DNA of 64,000 nt from an uncultured Bacillales bacterium (lineage in GTDB: Bacteria > Bacillota_I > Bacilli_A > RF39 > UBA660), in the NCBI GenBank assembly GCA_946412015.1, contig CAMKGA010000005.1, positions 2,265 through 66,264 of the forward strand, read 5' to 3'. Positions within the stretch are counted from its first letter, which is position 1. Each line of letters opens with the position of its first letter. The notes below the pieces were generated by a model. That model was given only the letters and a program-made list of their open reading frames with translations, had not been told where the DNA came from and searched no databases. The position numbers were made by a program, and so were the translations under genes. Shown here one piece after another: positions 1 through 9,371 of this stretch.

Positions 1-94
1 AAAGGAGTATATCTGTAGTAACAGCAATTGGATCAAATTTTCTAGGATCATAATTTTTTAAAAATTCTTCTTCCGATGAATATTCTTCTTTCAT
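1..94 (-). CDS. 5' fragment of a gene running off the window (MKEEYSSEEEFLKNYDPRKFDPIAVTTDILL...); Nudix/NrtR-type N-terminus suspected
   Basis: ATG at 92-94 is preceded by GGAGG and the frame is open to the window edge. The Y-D-P-x-K-F...AVT-T-D pattern resembles the start of Nudix-fold proteins. Only 31 codons are visible. Confidence 0.3.
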   Translation of the reverse strand, partial: MKEEYSSEEEFLKNYDPRKFDPIAVTTDILL

Positions 95-124
95 TCTTAC
101 CTCCAAATTAATTATACCTTAAAT

Positions 125-922
125 CTAATCAGATATCAATTTATTATGTATTCTAGTCGCAAATGAATAGTTATTTAATTTTAACATTTTAATCTTACTA
201 TCATCTAAGTAAGATTCTACACTCTTAACATTGTTATAATATTTATCAATTCCATCATAAGTAATAAAATAATGTCTTAAATCATCTCTTGGTATCACTT
301 TTACTATAGTATCTTTATTAAAGATAACTGGATTTCTGTAAGAATTATAGGCTTTAGTTGAAATTGCACCCATTGGTGTTACTTGTATTGTTGGAAATAT
401 AGGATCTATAGATGCACCACCATAACTTGCATTATGTCCTGTTGAGCCAATTGATGTTGATATAATAATGCCATCCCCTGTAAAATTCTCAAATAAATTA
501 TTATTACAATATATATCACTTTTTAGTACTTTACAGTTATTATATCTTATAATTACATCATTTAAAGAATGCAACACTTCTTTTTTATCATCATAGTTAA
601 TAATAGTTTTTTGAATATTTACTTTATTATCATAATAATCATTACTATTTAATCTATCTATAAAATTATCAACATCATTTACTTCCACTTCTGCTAAAAA
701 GCCTAAAGTTCCTGAATTAATACCTACATAATATGGACTAGAATCATAATTACAACTTCTTACCATTCTTAAGAATGCACCATCTCCTCCAATTGATACT
801 GCCATATCATAATTATTATTATCAATTATATATCCATTTTTTATAAATTTATCTTTAACTATTTTAGCATTTTTAATTGATTTATCATTATTATTAACAT
901 ATAATCTAATTCTTTTTATCAT
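125..922 (-). CDS. nadK: NAD kinase
   Basis: 265 aa. It has the GGDG signature (SIGGDGAFLRMVR) and TGDGIIISTSIGSTG, typical of ATP-NAD kinases. It is the last gene of the NAD operon. Confidence 0.9.
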   Translation of the reverse strand: MIKRIRLYVNNNDKSIKNAKIVKDKFIKNGYIIDNNNYDMAVSIGGDGAFLRMVRSCNYDSSPYYVGINSGTLGFLAEVEVNDVDNFIDRLNSNDYYDNKVNIQKTIINYDDKKEVLHSLNDVIIRYNNCKVLKSDIYCNNNLFENFTGDGIIISTSIGSTGHNASYGGASIDPIFPTIQVTPMGAISTKAYNSYRNPVIFNKDTIVKVIPRDDLRHYFITYDGIDKYYNNVKSVESYLDDSKIKMLKLNNYSFATRIHNKLISD

Positions 923-1459
923 CTAATCACCTACATTTCTATTGTATATTTTCTTTAATGTTTTAGGATTAATTGTTGCATCTATCCCATTTTCAGCAAG
1001 ATATGTATATGTATCTATTAAAACTTTATCTATCTTAGGGTTTATAAATTTACTTTTACCACTTTTTAAGTAGTATTCAAGTGGTTCTGAGACAGTCCAC
1101 TTATCTTTCTTATAAGTTTGTCCTGCAGCTATATTATCACATATCATCTCTACAGTATATTTATAAGGAATGAGTGCTCCTTTTTTATCAAGGAGATCAT
1201 ACCAATAATCAAAGTGATGTTTATTATGGCTTTTATGGTGTAACCATGCTTTAGAGTAACCTAATTCTTTTTTACAATTAATAATTGGGCTTTCATCACC
1301 TCGATAATACTTTGCACTTTCAAAAAATTCTACTGGCAAATATTTAGATAAATCATGTACTAGCCCTCTATAAGGAATACCTGCTTTAACACATAACTTA
1401 AATACCTTAAATCTATGTTTATTTACTAAATTAAAATGTAATACAATATTCCTAATCAT
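923..1459 (-). CDS. DUF5662-like histidine-rich protein, function unknown
   Basis: 178 aa. The HDLSKY...AWLHHKSHNKHHFDYW pattern is recalled from the DUF5662 family. It abuts nadK with no gap. Confidence 0.45.
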   Translation of the reverse strand: MIRNIVLHFNLVNKHRFKVFKLCVKAGIPYRGLVHDLSKYLPVEFFESAKYYRGDESPIINCKKELGYSKAWLHHKSHNKHHFDYWYDLLDKKGALIPYKYTVEMICDNIAAGQTYKKDKWTVSEPLEYYLKSGKSKFINPKIDKVLIDTYTYLAENGIDATINPKTLKKIYNRNVGD

Positions 1460-1462
1460 AAA

Positions 1463-1930
1463 CTATTTTATTACCTCAAGTAACTTATCAACTATTTTAT
1501 TAATAATTAATTCTTTGTTGAGAGCTCTACTAGGCTTAGTCGCTTCTGTTTTAAATTCTAAGTATTCATTATTATCTTTATCATAAATACACACAAACGT
1601 AATATTATCACTACCATAAGGATTATTCTTATCTACTCTATTTAATTTTCCTGTTATTCCAATGCCATAATTAGAATTAGCAAATCTAGCTATATTATAT
1701 GCCATTTCTCTAGCTACCTCACTACTATATACACTATATTTATCTATTGTTTTACTATTTACACCCATTTTAATTTTATATTCATTAGAATATGTTACTG
1801 CCGAAAATTTAAGTATTTCACTAGCACCTTCTATATTAGTAATTGCATTAGCTACTCCTCCACCAGTACATGATTCCATTGTAGAAATTGTTTTATTCAA
1901 TTTGGTTAACAAATTAATTACTTCTTGCAT
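1463..1930 (-). CDS. pncC: CinA-family nicotinamide-nucleotide (NMN) amidase, PncC-like stand-alone domain
   Basis: 155 aa. It has the ESCTGG motif (TMESCTGGGVANAIT) of the CinA C-terminal/PncC domain. Confidence 0.8.
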   Translation of the reverse strand: MQEVINLLTKLNKTISTMESCTGGGVANAITNIEGASEILKFSAVTYSNEYKIKMGVNSKTIDKYSVYSSEVAREMAYNIARFANSNYGIGITGKLNRVDKNNPYGSDNITFVCIYDKDNNEYLEFKTEATKPSRALNKELIINKIVDKLLEVIK

Positions 1931-2763
1931 AATATTTTCTCCTTTTTATAATAATTACTTAATATATCTTTCATATAATCAGGAATATACTTACTTACAT
2001 CTTCAATTATTTCGTTTGGTATCCCATAATATGCTTCTGCTAAAGCACCTGTAATACAAGCTATAGTATCTGTATCTCCTCCAATTGATAGTGCATTTCT
2101 AATAGCACTGTCAAATGAATATGATTTCAAAAAACAGAATATAGCTTGCGGTACTGAATCAATTGCCTTAGATGTAAAACGATAATTATGCCTTAAATCT
2201 TCTAAATCATAATCTAGATTAAAATAATTTTTTGTAATATAATCTATTAGTTCTACCTTAGATATACCATGTCTTAAAAAGAAAATCGAGGTTGCAACTG
2301 CAGAAGCACACTTAATACTATCTGGATTATTGTGTGTTGGAATTGTAGCAAGCATAGATTCTCTTTTTACATCCTCAAGTGAGTCAAATAAAAAACCAAC
2401 AGGAGATATTCTCATAGCACATCCATTACCAAAGCTATCTCCTTTAGAATTATTATTAAGCCAGCTTATAAAACCACTACCAAATCTACTTCTACCATAC
2501 TTATCAACACCTAAGTTTATTTCTCTTAATCCATACTCTTTAAGACAAGAACTATAATCTTTATTGTTAAGTATTGCATCCATAATAGAAATAGTAAGAA
2601 TAGAATCATCTGTAACTAAACACTCACTATTAAATAGTGGAGTATTATTATCAAGTATTTTAATTCTATCTATATAAGCTCTAATACCCTTTTTCTTTTT
2701 ATCAATAACCTCTAGCACTTCTAAATAAGAACCCGCAACATCACCTATAATTGCACCTAACAT
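1918..2763 (-). CDS. ADP-ribosylglycohydrolase family protein (DraG/ARH-like)
   Basis: 281 aa. The N-terminal GAIIGDVAGS and C-terminal GGDTDTIACITGALAEA metal-site motifs are typical of the family. It overlaps the CinA gene by 13 nt. Confidence 0.8.
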   Translation of the reverse strand: MLGAIIGDVAGSYLEVLEVIDKKKKGIRAYIDRIKILDNNTPLFNSECLVTDDSILTISIMDAILNNKDYSSCLKEYGLREINLGVDKYGRSRFGSGFISWLNNNSKGDSFGNGCAMRISPVGFLFDSLEDVKRESMLATIPTHNNPDSIKCASAVATSIFFLRHGISKVELIDYITKNYFNLDYDLEDLRHNYRFTSKAIDSVPQAIFCFLKSYSFDSAIRNALSIGGDTDTIACITGALAEAYYGIPNEIIEDVSKYIPDYMKDILSNYYKKEKILCKK

Positions 2764-2764
2764 A

Positions 2765-3319
2765 TTACACCTCGCATTTTTTTAATATATATTGATATGC
2801 CTCATCAAGAGTTTTATCTCTATCATAACTTGTATCAAAATATTTAATATTTAGTTTTTTACATTCTTCCTTAATATATATACTATAATTTATATTAGCA
2901 CTTATCATATTTAATAAATCAACATCATTTAATTTAGAACTCCAATAGTTTTTCTTATCATATTTTCTCATTATTTCTAAATATTCTTCACTAGTTATTT
3001 TACTATAACCTAAATATGCTATTAAAGCATTATTAGTATTTATATTTTTTATATCTTTAGGAAGTAAATGGCACGTATCAATTACATATTTTTCTTTTCC
3101 ATATACTGTATCAGTTTCATTTTCTTCAATCATTCTATTAATCATATTATACATTATATAACTCATATAATCCCAATTGTGACCATCTAAATTCATTATA
3201 TCACACATAGCTCTTTTTATCGTATCCATTTTATAATGATTAAAGCCAATTTGATTAAGTCTTATAGAAAGTGTTGTTTTACCAGAACGACATGTTCCAG
3301 CAATTATAACATGTTTTAT
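2765..3319 (-). CDS. P-loop NTPase / small-molecule kinase-like protein (2-phosphoglycerate-kinase-like layout); start extended beyond the ORF track
   Basis: The frame is open from 3328. The Walker A motif AGTCRSGKTT lies upstream of the first ATG (3229). GAGGT (3326-3330) is followed by 6 nt and then an ATA codon (3317-3319) overlapping the upstream TAA. No ATG, GTG or TTG is available. Confidence 0.6.
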   Translation of the reverse strand: MKHVIIAGTCRSGKTTLSIRLNQIGFNHYKMDTIKRAMCDIMNLDGHNWDYMSYIMYNMINRMIEENETDTVYGKEKYVIDTCHLLPKDIKNINTNNALIAYLGYSKITSEEYLEIMRKYDKKNYWSSKLNDVDLLNMISANINYSIYIKEECKKLNIKYFDTSYDRDKTLDEAYQYILKKCEV

Positions 3320-4350
3320 TTTTTTACCTCATATTTCATTAAGATATCTTCATTATCAACCCAGCTACCATTCAAGTTCCCATTAGGATGAAATACCATT
3401 TCATAAACTATATCATCATGTTTATTTTTTTCTTTTGTCTGTTGTTTTAAATCGGCTGACTCAGAACATACTACAACAGAATTATAATAATACATCTCCA
3501 CATAATAATAATATCCTAATAAATTTTTATATGGTTTAAATCTTGAATCTTTATCGATATCTTTCCATATGTCATTAAGTCTTACTTTATTTCTAACGTT
3601 ATAATCCATTTTTTCTAAATTACACATAGTATTTTCATCATAATCCATAAGTTCTCTAAATATTATATTATCAACACCCATTTTTTCATAGAATTCAATA
3701 TATTTAGAAATATCATCTACAGATTTAATACCATCTTTTAAAAGTAAACAACTAAGTCTTGGTCTTAATCCCTTTGATAAGGCATATGGAATAATCTTTT
3801 CAAGATTGGAATTACTACAATATCCTTTTTTATAACGCATTATTTTTTTATTAATTTCTTCATCATAATGTGTTTTACTAATATTTAAATGATCAAATTT
3901 TCTATCTATTAAATGATCTATTATTCTTTTACCATCAACATAATTTAAAAGTGCACTACCATTAGTTGTAATAGTTCTTTTTCTCATATTATGTTTATCA
4001 ATCAATTCAAGTATTTTTATAAATCTTTTTGATAGTGTAGGCTCACCACCAGTAATTGATACACTTACATTTAATGGTTCTATTTTTGTTAGTACCTCAT
4101 CAAGTCTTTTATAATATTCTAAATCATCTTCAATTTTAGGTTTTAAATAAGCCTTAGAAATGTTTTCATATCTTAACTGAGCAACACAAAATTTACAGTC
4201 TGCATTACAGTAATCATCAACAAAAATTGACAAATTACAATTACTATATACCTTTCTTTTTTTACCATCAAATTCAAAATCAATTAAATTTTTATCATTA
4301 ATATCAAAATCTTTTTGTCTTGTATATCTTATTTTTTCAAATTCACTCAT
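3316..4350 (-). CDS. radical SAM protein, MoaA/viperin-like architecture (paralog A)
   Basis: 344 aa. Motifs seen: CNADCKFC (CxxxCxxC), SITGGEPTL and TTNGSAL. No C-terminal auxiliary Cys cluster is present. An ATGA overlap joins it to the upstream gene. Confidence 0.8.
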   Translation of the reverse strand: MSEFEKIRYTRQKDFDINDKNLIDFEFDGKKRKVYSNCNLSIFVDDYCNADCKFCVAQLRYENISKAYLKPKIEDDLEYYKRLDEVLTKIEPLNVSVSITGGEPTLSKRFIKILELIDKHNMRKRTITTNGSALLNYVDGKRIIDHLIDRKFDHLNISKTHYDEEINKKIMRYKKGYCSNSNLEKIIPYALSKGLRPRLSCLLLKDGIKSVDDISKYIEFYEKMGVDNIIFRELMDYDENTMCNLEKMDYNVRNKVRLNDIWKDIDKDSRFKPYKNLLGYYYYVEMYYYNSVVVCSESADLKQQTKEKNKHDDIVYEMVFHPNGNLNGSWVDNEDILMKYEVKK

Positions 4351-5321
4351 TTTATCACTTCCTTAGCTTTTAAAATTGTTTTATTATTAAAACCACTATC
4401 TAAACTTCCATCTGGATAAAAGACAAACTCTTTAATTATATCAGAATTATTCTTTTTCTTTTCCTTATAACACTTTACAATTTTATTTTTATATTTATAC
4501 ACTTTAACTGTATAATACATTCCTTCTAATGTTCTTATATATTTAAAATCTTTATTGTTATTAATCTCTTCAAAAATCTTATTTATATCTATTTTTTGTT
4601 CTTTATACTTTTTACACATATTATTTAAATCAATAAGTTCTCTAAACATAACAGTATTAATATTCATATTATCATAGAAATTTACAAAATCTAATATATC
4701 ATTTAAATTCTTAACTCCACACTTTTGTAAAATGCAAGAAAGTCTCATATCCATATTATTGATATTACCAAATGTAAATATTCTATTTATATCTTGATTA
4801 CTCTGATTTATTCCCATTATCTTTTTATTTAAATTATCATCCACAACCATTCTACTAATATTTATATTATTAATAATATCATTATCTTTTAAATGTACTA
4901 TAATAGGTTTATTTTCATAGTAATCGAAAAGCCCTGTTCCATTAGTTGCAAATGTTCTACTTTTAAAACCAGATTCTCTTAATTTTCTTAAAATTGGTAC
5001 TAATTTTTCATCCTTTGTTGCTTCTCCTCCTGTAATAGTAAAGGGAATCTTTCTATCTTTAAATATATTAAGTACTTTATCTAAATGATAAAAATAATCA
5101 TTTTCACTAATATTTTTACAATCTAAAAATCTTTTTTGATAATTATTCATACAAAAGTAACAACTTCCATTACACTTTTTTGTAACATAAATAGAAATCT
5201 GAGCATTTGAATAATATTTATAAATTTTGTCATCAACTTTTAAATCTAAAATATCATAAACCTCAACATTATTAGTTTCTTTTTTTAAATCGTCTATATC
5301 TGAAAATTTTATTATATTCAT
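4347..5321 (-). CDS. radical SAM protein, MoaA/viperin-like architecture (paralog B)
   Basis: 324 aa. Motifs seen: CNGSCYFC, TITGGEAT and ATNGTGL. It shares RLSC(L/I)L, (I/M)FREL(M/I)D and F(H/Y)P(N/D)G(N/S)L blocks with the 344-aa neighbour. An ATGA overlap joins it to the upstream gene. Confidence 0.8.
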   Translation of the reverse strand: MNIIKFSDIDDLKKETNNVEVYDILDLKVDDKIYKYYSNAQISIYVTKKCNGSCYFCMNNYQKRFLDCKNISENDYFYHLDKVLNIFKDRKIPFTITGGEATKDEKLVPILRKLRESGFKSRTFATNGTGLFDYYENKPIIVHLKDNDIINNINISRMVVDDNLNKKIMGINQSNQDINRIFTFGNINNMDMRLSCILQKCGVKNLNDILDFVNFYDNMNINTVMFRELIDLNNMCKKYKEQKIDINKIFEEINNNKDFKYIRTLEGMYYTVKVYKYKNKIVKCYKEKKKNNSDIIKEFVFYPDGSLDSGFNNKTILKAKEVIK

Positions 5322-5983
5322 TTAAGTACCTTCTCATAATTACTACGTGCGATTAAATCTTTAAAAAAGCATTTACCATCACATGCATATATAAACCAAT
5401 TATCAATATTCTCAACTATTACAGGTTTATCATACTCAAGTTCATTTTCAAATTTACCATAACTTTGAAGATAAAATATATTAGATATATCAGTAAGATT
5501 CTGCTTTTCTATTTCTTCTTTTATAAAATTATCATCATGTCTTAATCTAACATTTAATAAAATATCAAATCCATCTATAAATTCAGTTGCTAGATAATAA
5601 TTACGTGCTTTATCAATGATTTCATTATCCATATTATAAAGCCAATAGTTTATACTTACTTTTATAACCATAGGAATTTTATAATATTTGTGAAATAATA
5701 CTAATCTTTCTAAATGTTTGTTAAGTAAAATACCATTAGTTAAAATAATTATTTTTTTACACCTATTAGTACTTCTCGCATATTCCATAAATAAATACAA
5801 ATTATTATGTAATAGAGGTTCTCCGCCTTCAAGTTGTAATTCAAAATCATCTTCTTTAGAATCTATAATTTTTTTAAATTCATCAAAAGTCATAAATCTA
5901 TGTTTATTTGAATCACTCCACATACAACAAAATTCACAATTAGCATTACAGTTATTAGTTATATTAATATATTGTCTTATCAT
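5318..5983 (-). CDS. small radical SAM protein (activase/QueE-sized)
   Basis: 221 aa. It has CNANCEFC at residues 12-19 and QLEGGEPLL. It lies 20 nt downstream of nadD and has its own GGAG. Confidence 0.75.
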   Translation of the reverse strand: MIRQYINITNNCNANCEFCCMWSDSNKHRFMTFDEFKKIIDSKEDDFELQLEGGEPLLHNNLYLFMEYARSTNRCKKIIILTNGILLNKHLERLVLFHKYYKIPMVIKVSINYWLYNMDNEIIDKARNYYLATEFIDGFDILLNVRLRHDDNFIKEEIEKQNLTDISNIFYLQSYGKFENELEYDKPVIVENIDNWFIYACDGKCFFKDLIARSNYEKVLK

Positions 5984-6003
5984 CTTAACAACTCCTTTTT
6001 TTA

Positions 6004-6534
6004 TTAATATAATTTATTATCATTGATATATTTTAATACTTTTCTATCTAAATATTTTGTTCTAATTTTTTTATTATTTCTTATTTCTGTTGATGATATT
6101 TGTATAGGATTAATTAAAGCAAATATCATATTATCATATTTAATATTAGTCTTTATATTATTCCTATCAACGACAATTACTCCATAGTTAAGTATTTTAT
6201 CATAATTTACCCATTTATGAAACTCTTTTAAATTATCCATTCCAATAATAAGTTTTATATCATCATTTTTATAATTTTTTTTATATAAATCCATTATTTG
6301 ATATGTATATTTTAATTCATTATTAGTTGTATCAACTATAGTATTACCACTACATACTAGTTTTAACATATTGATTCTATCATTTAATGGGGCAAGATTA
6401 TTTTTATTCCAGTATCCTAAAGTAGGTATAATGTAAATCTTATCAACATAATTGTTTTCAATTAACTTATTTGCAACATCAATATGTCCCTTATGCACAG
6501 GATTAAATGATCCTACATATATTCCTATTTTCAT
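6004..6534 (-). CDS. nadD: nicotinate-nucleotide adenylyltransferase
   Basis: 176 aa. It has GSFNPVHKGH (the HxGH nucleotidyltransferase motif) and ISSTEIR near the C-terminus. Confidence 0.85.
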   Translation of the reverse strand: MKIGIYVGSFNPVHKGHIDVANKLIENNYVDKIYIIPTLGYWNKNNLAPLNDRINMLKLVCSGNTIVDTTNNELKYTYQIMDLYKKNYKNDDIKLIIGMDNLKEFHKWVNYDKILNYGVIVVDRNNIKTNIKYDNMIFALINPIQISSTEIRNNKKIRTKYLDRKVLKYINDNKLY

Positions 6535-6535
6535 A

Positions 6536-7291
6536 TTATTTTCTTTTATACATTGGTGTTTTAAATTTATGTTGATTAATTTTATGTAAGGCCATTATTT
6601 TTTCCTTTACATCATTATCTACATATTTTCCTTTAATAACATTCTCAATATCATCATATTTAACACCTAATTTTTCTTCGTCAGTTAATCCAGATAATCC
6701 ATCATCAGGAGCTTTATTTACAACCTGATTTGGAACACTAATATATTTACCAATTTCAATAACTTCTCTTACTGATAAATCACCAAGCACCATAATATCA
6801 GATACATTATCTCCACCTTTGGTAAAATATCCTACATATAACTCACATGCATTTGATGTGCCAGGAACAATATAAGTACCACCTTTTATATTTGATAACA
6901 TAGCTGCATTATAATATAAAGTTGCAGTTCTAAGTCTAGGTTTTATATTTATATTAGCATCAGTTAGATTTTCATCTTTAATATTAGGATAAATATTTTT
7001 TATATTATCTACATAATTATCATAAATATTAGTAAGATCTACCTCTTTTATATTAAAACCAAAATGTTTAGCAACTAAATATGCATTCTTTTTATCATTT
7101 TCTTTAGAATGACATGGCATCCATAAACCTTGAATATTTTCAGGACCAATAGCACGAGCAAATAGCCCTGCAACAACTGCTGAATCTTTACCACCAGAAA
7201 TACCAATAACTGCTCCTTTTAAATTATTCTCTTTATAATAATTTCTTATAAATTTTATAATCTCTTCTGTTGTTTTCTTTACATCAAACAT
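6536..7291 (-). CDS. nadE: NH3-dependent NAD+ synthetase
   Basis: 251 aa. It has the PP-loop ISGGKDSAV, and its length and layout match the single-domain NadE. Confidence 0.9.
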   Translation of the reverse strand: MFDVKKTTEEIIKFIRNYYKENNLKGAVIGISGGKDSAVVAGLFARAIGPENIQGLWMPCHSKENDKKNAYLVAKHFGFNIKEVDLTNIYDNYVDNIKNIYPNIKDENLTDANINIKPRLRTATLYYNAAMLSNIKGGTYIVPGTSNACELYVGYFTKGGDNVSDIMVLGDLSVREVIEIGKYISVPNQVVNKAPDDGLSGLTDEEKLGVKYDDIENVIKGKYVDNDVKEKIMALHKINQHKFKTPMYKRK

Positions 7292-7292
7292 A

Positions 7293-7892
7293 TTACCTCT
7301 CCTTTACATACTTTTTAATTTTTTCAAGTGCTAATTTTGTATTTACCCCCATAATATAATTCATATCATTTAAATAATTTAACTCATCATAATTAAATGT
7401 CATATATTTTATTATTTCATCTTTATCTAAATTTTGTTCATACTTTTTTTTACAATTTAAAGCTAAATAAATTCTATTTAATGCCATACTGCATCCTTCA
7501 TCTTGATAAAATGTATCTATTAATTTAATACTATCAGGAACATAGCCGGTCTCTTCGGCAAGTTCTCTTAAAGCTCCCGCTTTAGCATCTTCTAAAGATT
7601 CTATATATCCGGCTGGAAATCCAATACCAACAGAAAGATCAGTAAATACTCTAGGTTCAATAACAGTTAAAAACTCCCCATCAACTAAAGGTACAATAAT
7701 AGCAGCAGAGCCATCACAATTACCTTTAATTAATCTTTCTCTTGTGATAACTCTACCATTATTAAGAGTATATTTAAAAGATTCACTCTGTAAAAACTTA
7801 TTTTCTTGTGTAATAATATTTTTCTCTTTTTTTATTACCTTTAATTCTTCTATTATTTCTTTTAATTTTTCTATTTTTTCTTTTCTAATCAT
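7293..7892 (-). CDS. Nudix hydrolase, ADP-ribose pyrophosphatase-like
   Basis: 199 aa. It has the Nudix box GFPAGYIESLEDAKAGALRELAEETGY. It sits in an NAD/ADP-ribose context. Confidence 0.7.
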   Translation of the reverse strand: MIRKEKIEKLKEIIEELKVIKKEKNIITQENKFLQSESFKYTLNNGRVITRERLIKGNCDGSAAIIVPLVDGEFLTVIEPRVFTDLSVGIGFPAGYIESLEDAKAGALRELAEETGYVPDSIKLIDTFYQDEGCSMALNRIYLALNCKKKYEQNLDKDEIIKYMTFNYDELNYLNDMNYIMGVNTKLALEKIKKYVKER

Positions 7893-7893
7893 C

Positions 7894-9336
7894 TTATCTT
7901 ACCTTTTTTTTAACTTTAGTATTCCTTACTTCTTTAATCATTGCTTCTTTTAATTCTCTTAACTTATTTGTTAAATCTACATAATATTGATGTGGATTAT
8001 CTGCTCTTTTAATTTCTGGATAAATTGTTTTAAATTCATTAGCACAATATTCTTTTTTCTCTTCTATTGTTGGCTCTACATATACTTGATTACCATTTTT
8101 AAATATAACCTCAGTCATTAATCTAACATTATAATTTTCTAAATCTGTAGTTTTCCATGTTTCTGTTGGAGATACTAAAGTATATTTATCTTTAGGGATA
8201 ACTTCATCATTAAGAGTAATTACATCTCCTAATGCATAATTAGTTTTTTTATCATAAAATCTGTATAACTTTTTATATCCTGGATTTATAGTCTTAATTG
8301 TATCTTCACTAACTTTAATTCTAGGAATAATTTCATTATCCTTTTCTATAGCTACTAATTTATATACTCCACCAACACGTTCTTTAGATGCAGCAATATT
8401 ATCACCAGCACCAATTGAGTCAATAGGAGCACCTTCCTTAATTAAATTAATGATAGCTTTTTCAGTAAGTCCATTAGATACACAAATTTTAGCATCAGGA
8501 AATCCTGCTTCATCTAACATTTTACGAGCTTCTTTAGCCAAGTAAGATAAATCTCCACTATCTATTCTAATACCTTTAAATGGATAACCATTAGGAACCA
8601 AATAATCTTTAGCAACTTTAATAGCATTAGGAATACCACTTCTAAGTGTATCAAATGTATCTACTAAAAATACACACTCATAAGGATTACTCTTAGCATA
8701 ATCTAGAAATGCTTCATATTCACTTTCTGCATCACAGATCATACTATGTGCCATTGTTCCCATAACTGGAATATCATATTTCATACCTGCATATACGTTA
8801 GATGTTCCTGCACATCCACCAATATACGCATACTTAGATGCTTCAATTGCAGATTCTTTACCTCTAGCACGCCTAGCACCAAATTCCATAACTGGTATAT
8901 TTGCGGCACTAGTAATTCTTTTAGCAGCAGTAGTAACTAATGTTCCATGATTAAACTCAGATAGAAGTGCTGTTTCTAATAATTGAGCTTCAATAACATT
9001 AGCCCTAACAGTTATAACTGGCTCATTTGGAAATATTACAGTTCCATCTTTTACTGCATATAAATCTCCAGTAAACTTTAAGTTCCTTAAATACTCTAAA
9101 AACTCTTTACTAAATTTATTTGTACTTTTTAAAAATTCAATATCTTTATCAGTGATTTTAAAATTATTAATAAATTTTATAATATTATCAAGTCCACCAC
9201 TTATTGCATATCCTCCATCAAATGGATTCTTTCTATAAAATATATCAAAATATACTTTTTTATTTACCTCACCCTTATCAAAATAAGTTTGAGCCATTGT
9301 AAATTCATAAAAATCTGTCATCATCGTATAATTCAT
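7894..9336 (-). CDS. pncB: nicotinate phosphoribosyltransferase
   Basis: 480 aa. It has the N-terminal MTDFYEFTMAQTYF and GTMAHSMI motifs of the NAPRTase family. Confidence 0.9.
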   Translation of the reverse strand: MNYTMMTDFYEFTMAQTYFDKGEVNKKVYFDIFYRKNPFDGGYAISGGLDNIIKFINNFKITDKDIEFLKSTNKFSKEFLEYLRNLKFTGDLYAVKDGTVIFPNEPVITVRANVIEAQLLETALLSEFNHGTLVTTAAKRITSAANIPVMEFGARRARGKESAIEASKYAYIGGCAGTSNVYAGMKYDIPVMGTMAHSMICDAESEYEAFLDYAKSNPYECVFLVDTFDTLRSGIPNAIKVAKDYLVPNGYPFKGIRIDSGDLSYLAKEARKMLDEAGFPDAKICVSNGLTEKAIINLIKEGAPIDSIGAGDNIAASKERVGGVYKLVAIEKDNEIIPRIKVSEDTIKTINPGYKKLYRFYDKKTNYALGDVITLNDEVIPKDKYTLVSPTETWKTTDLENYNVRLMTEVIFKNGNQVYVEPTIEEKKEYCANEFKTIYPEIKRADNPHQYYVDLTNKLRELKEAMIKEVRNTKVKKKVR

Positions 9337-9371
9337 AATTAATCTCCTCTTTCCTTTTTTATTATTTGAAA

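Noticed and set aside
3317-3331. TGA read as Trp (genetic code 4, Mollicutes-like) to explain the missing start of the P-loop gene
   Set aside because: Long conserved genes (dnaK, dnaE, clpC, rny) are intact under the standard code. Two ATGA overlaps use TGA as a functional stop, and Trp positions are encoded by TGG.
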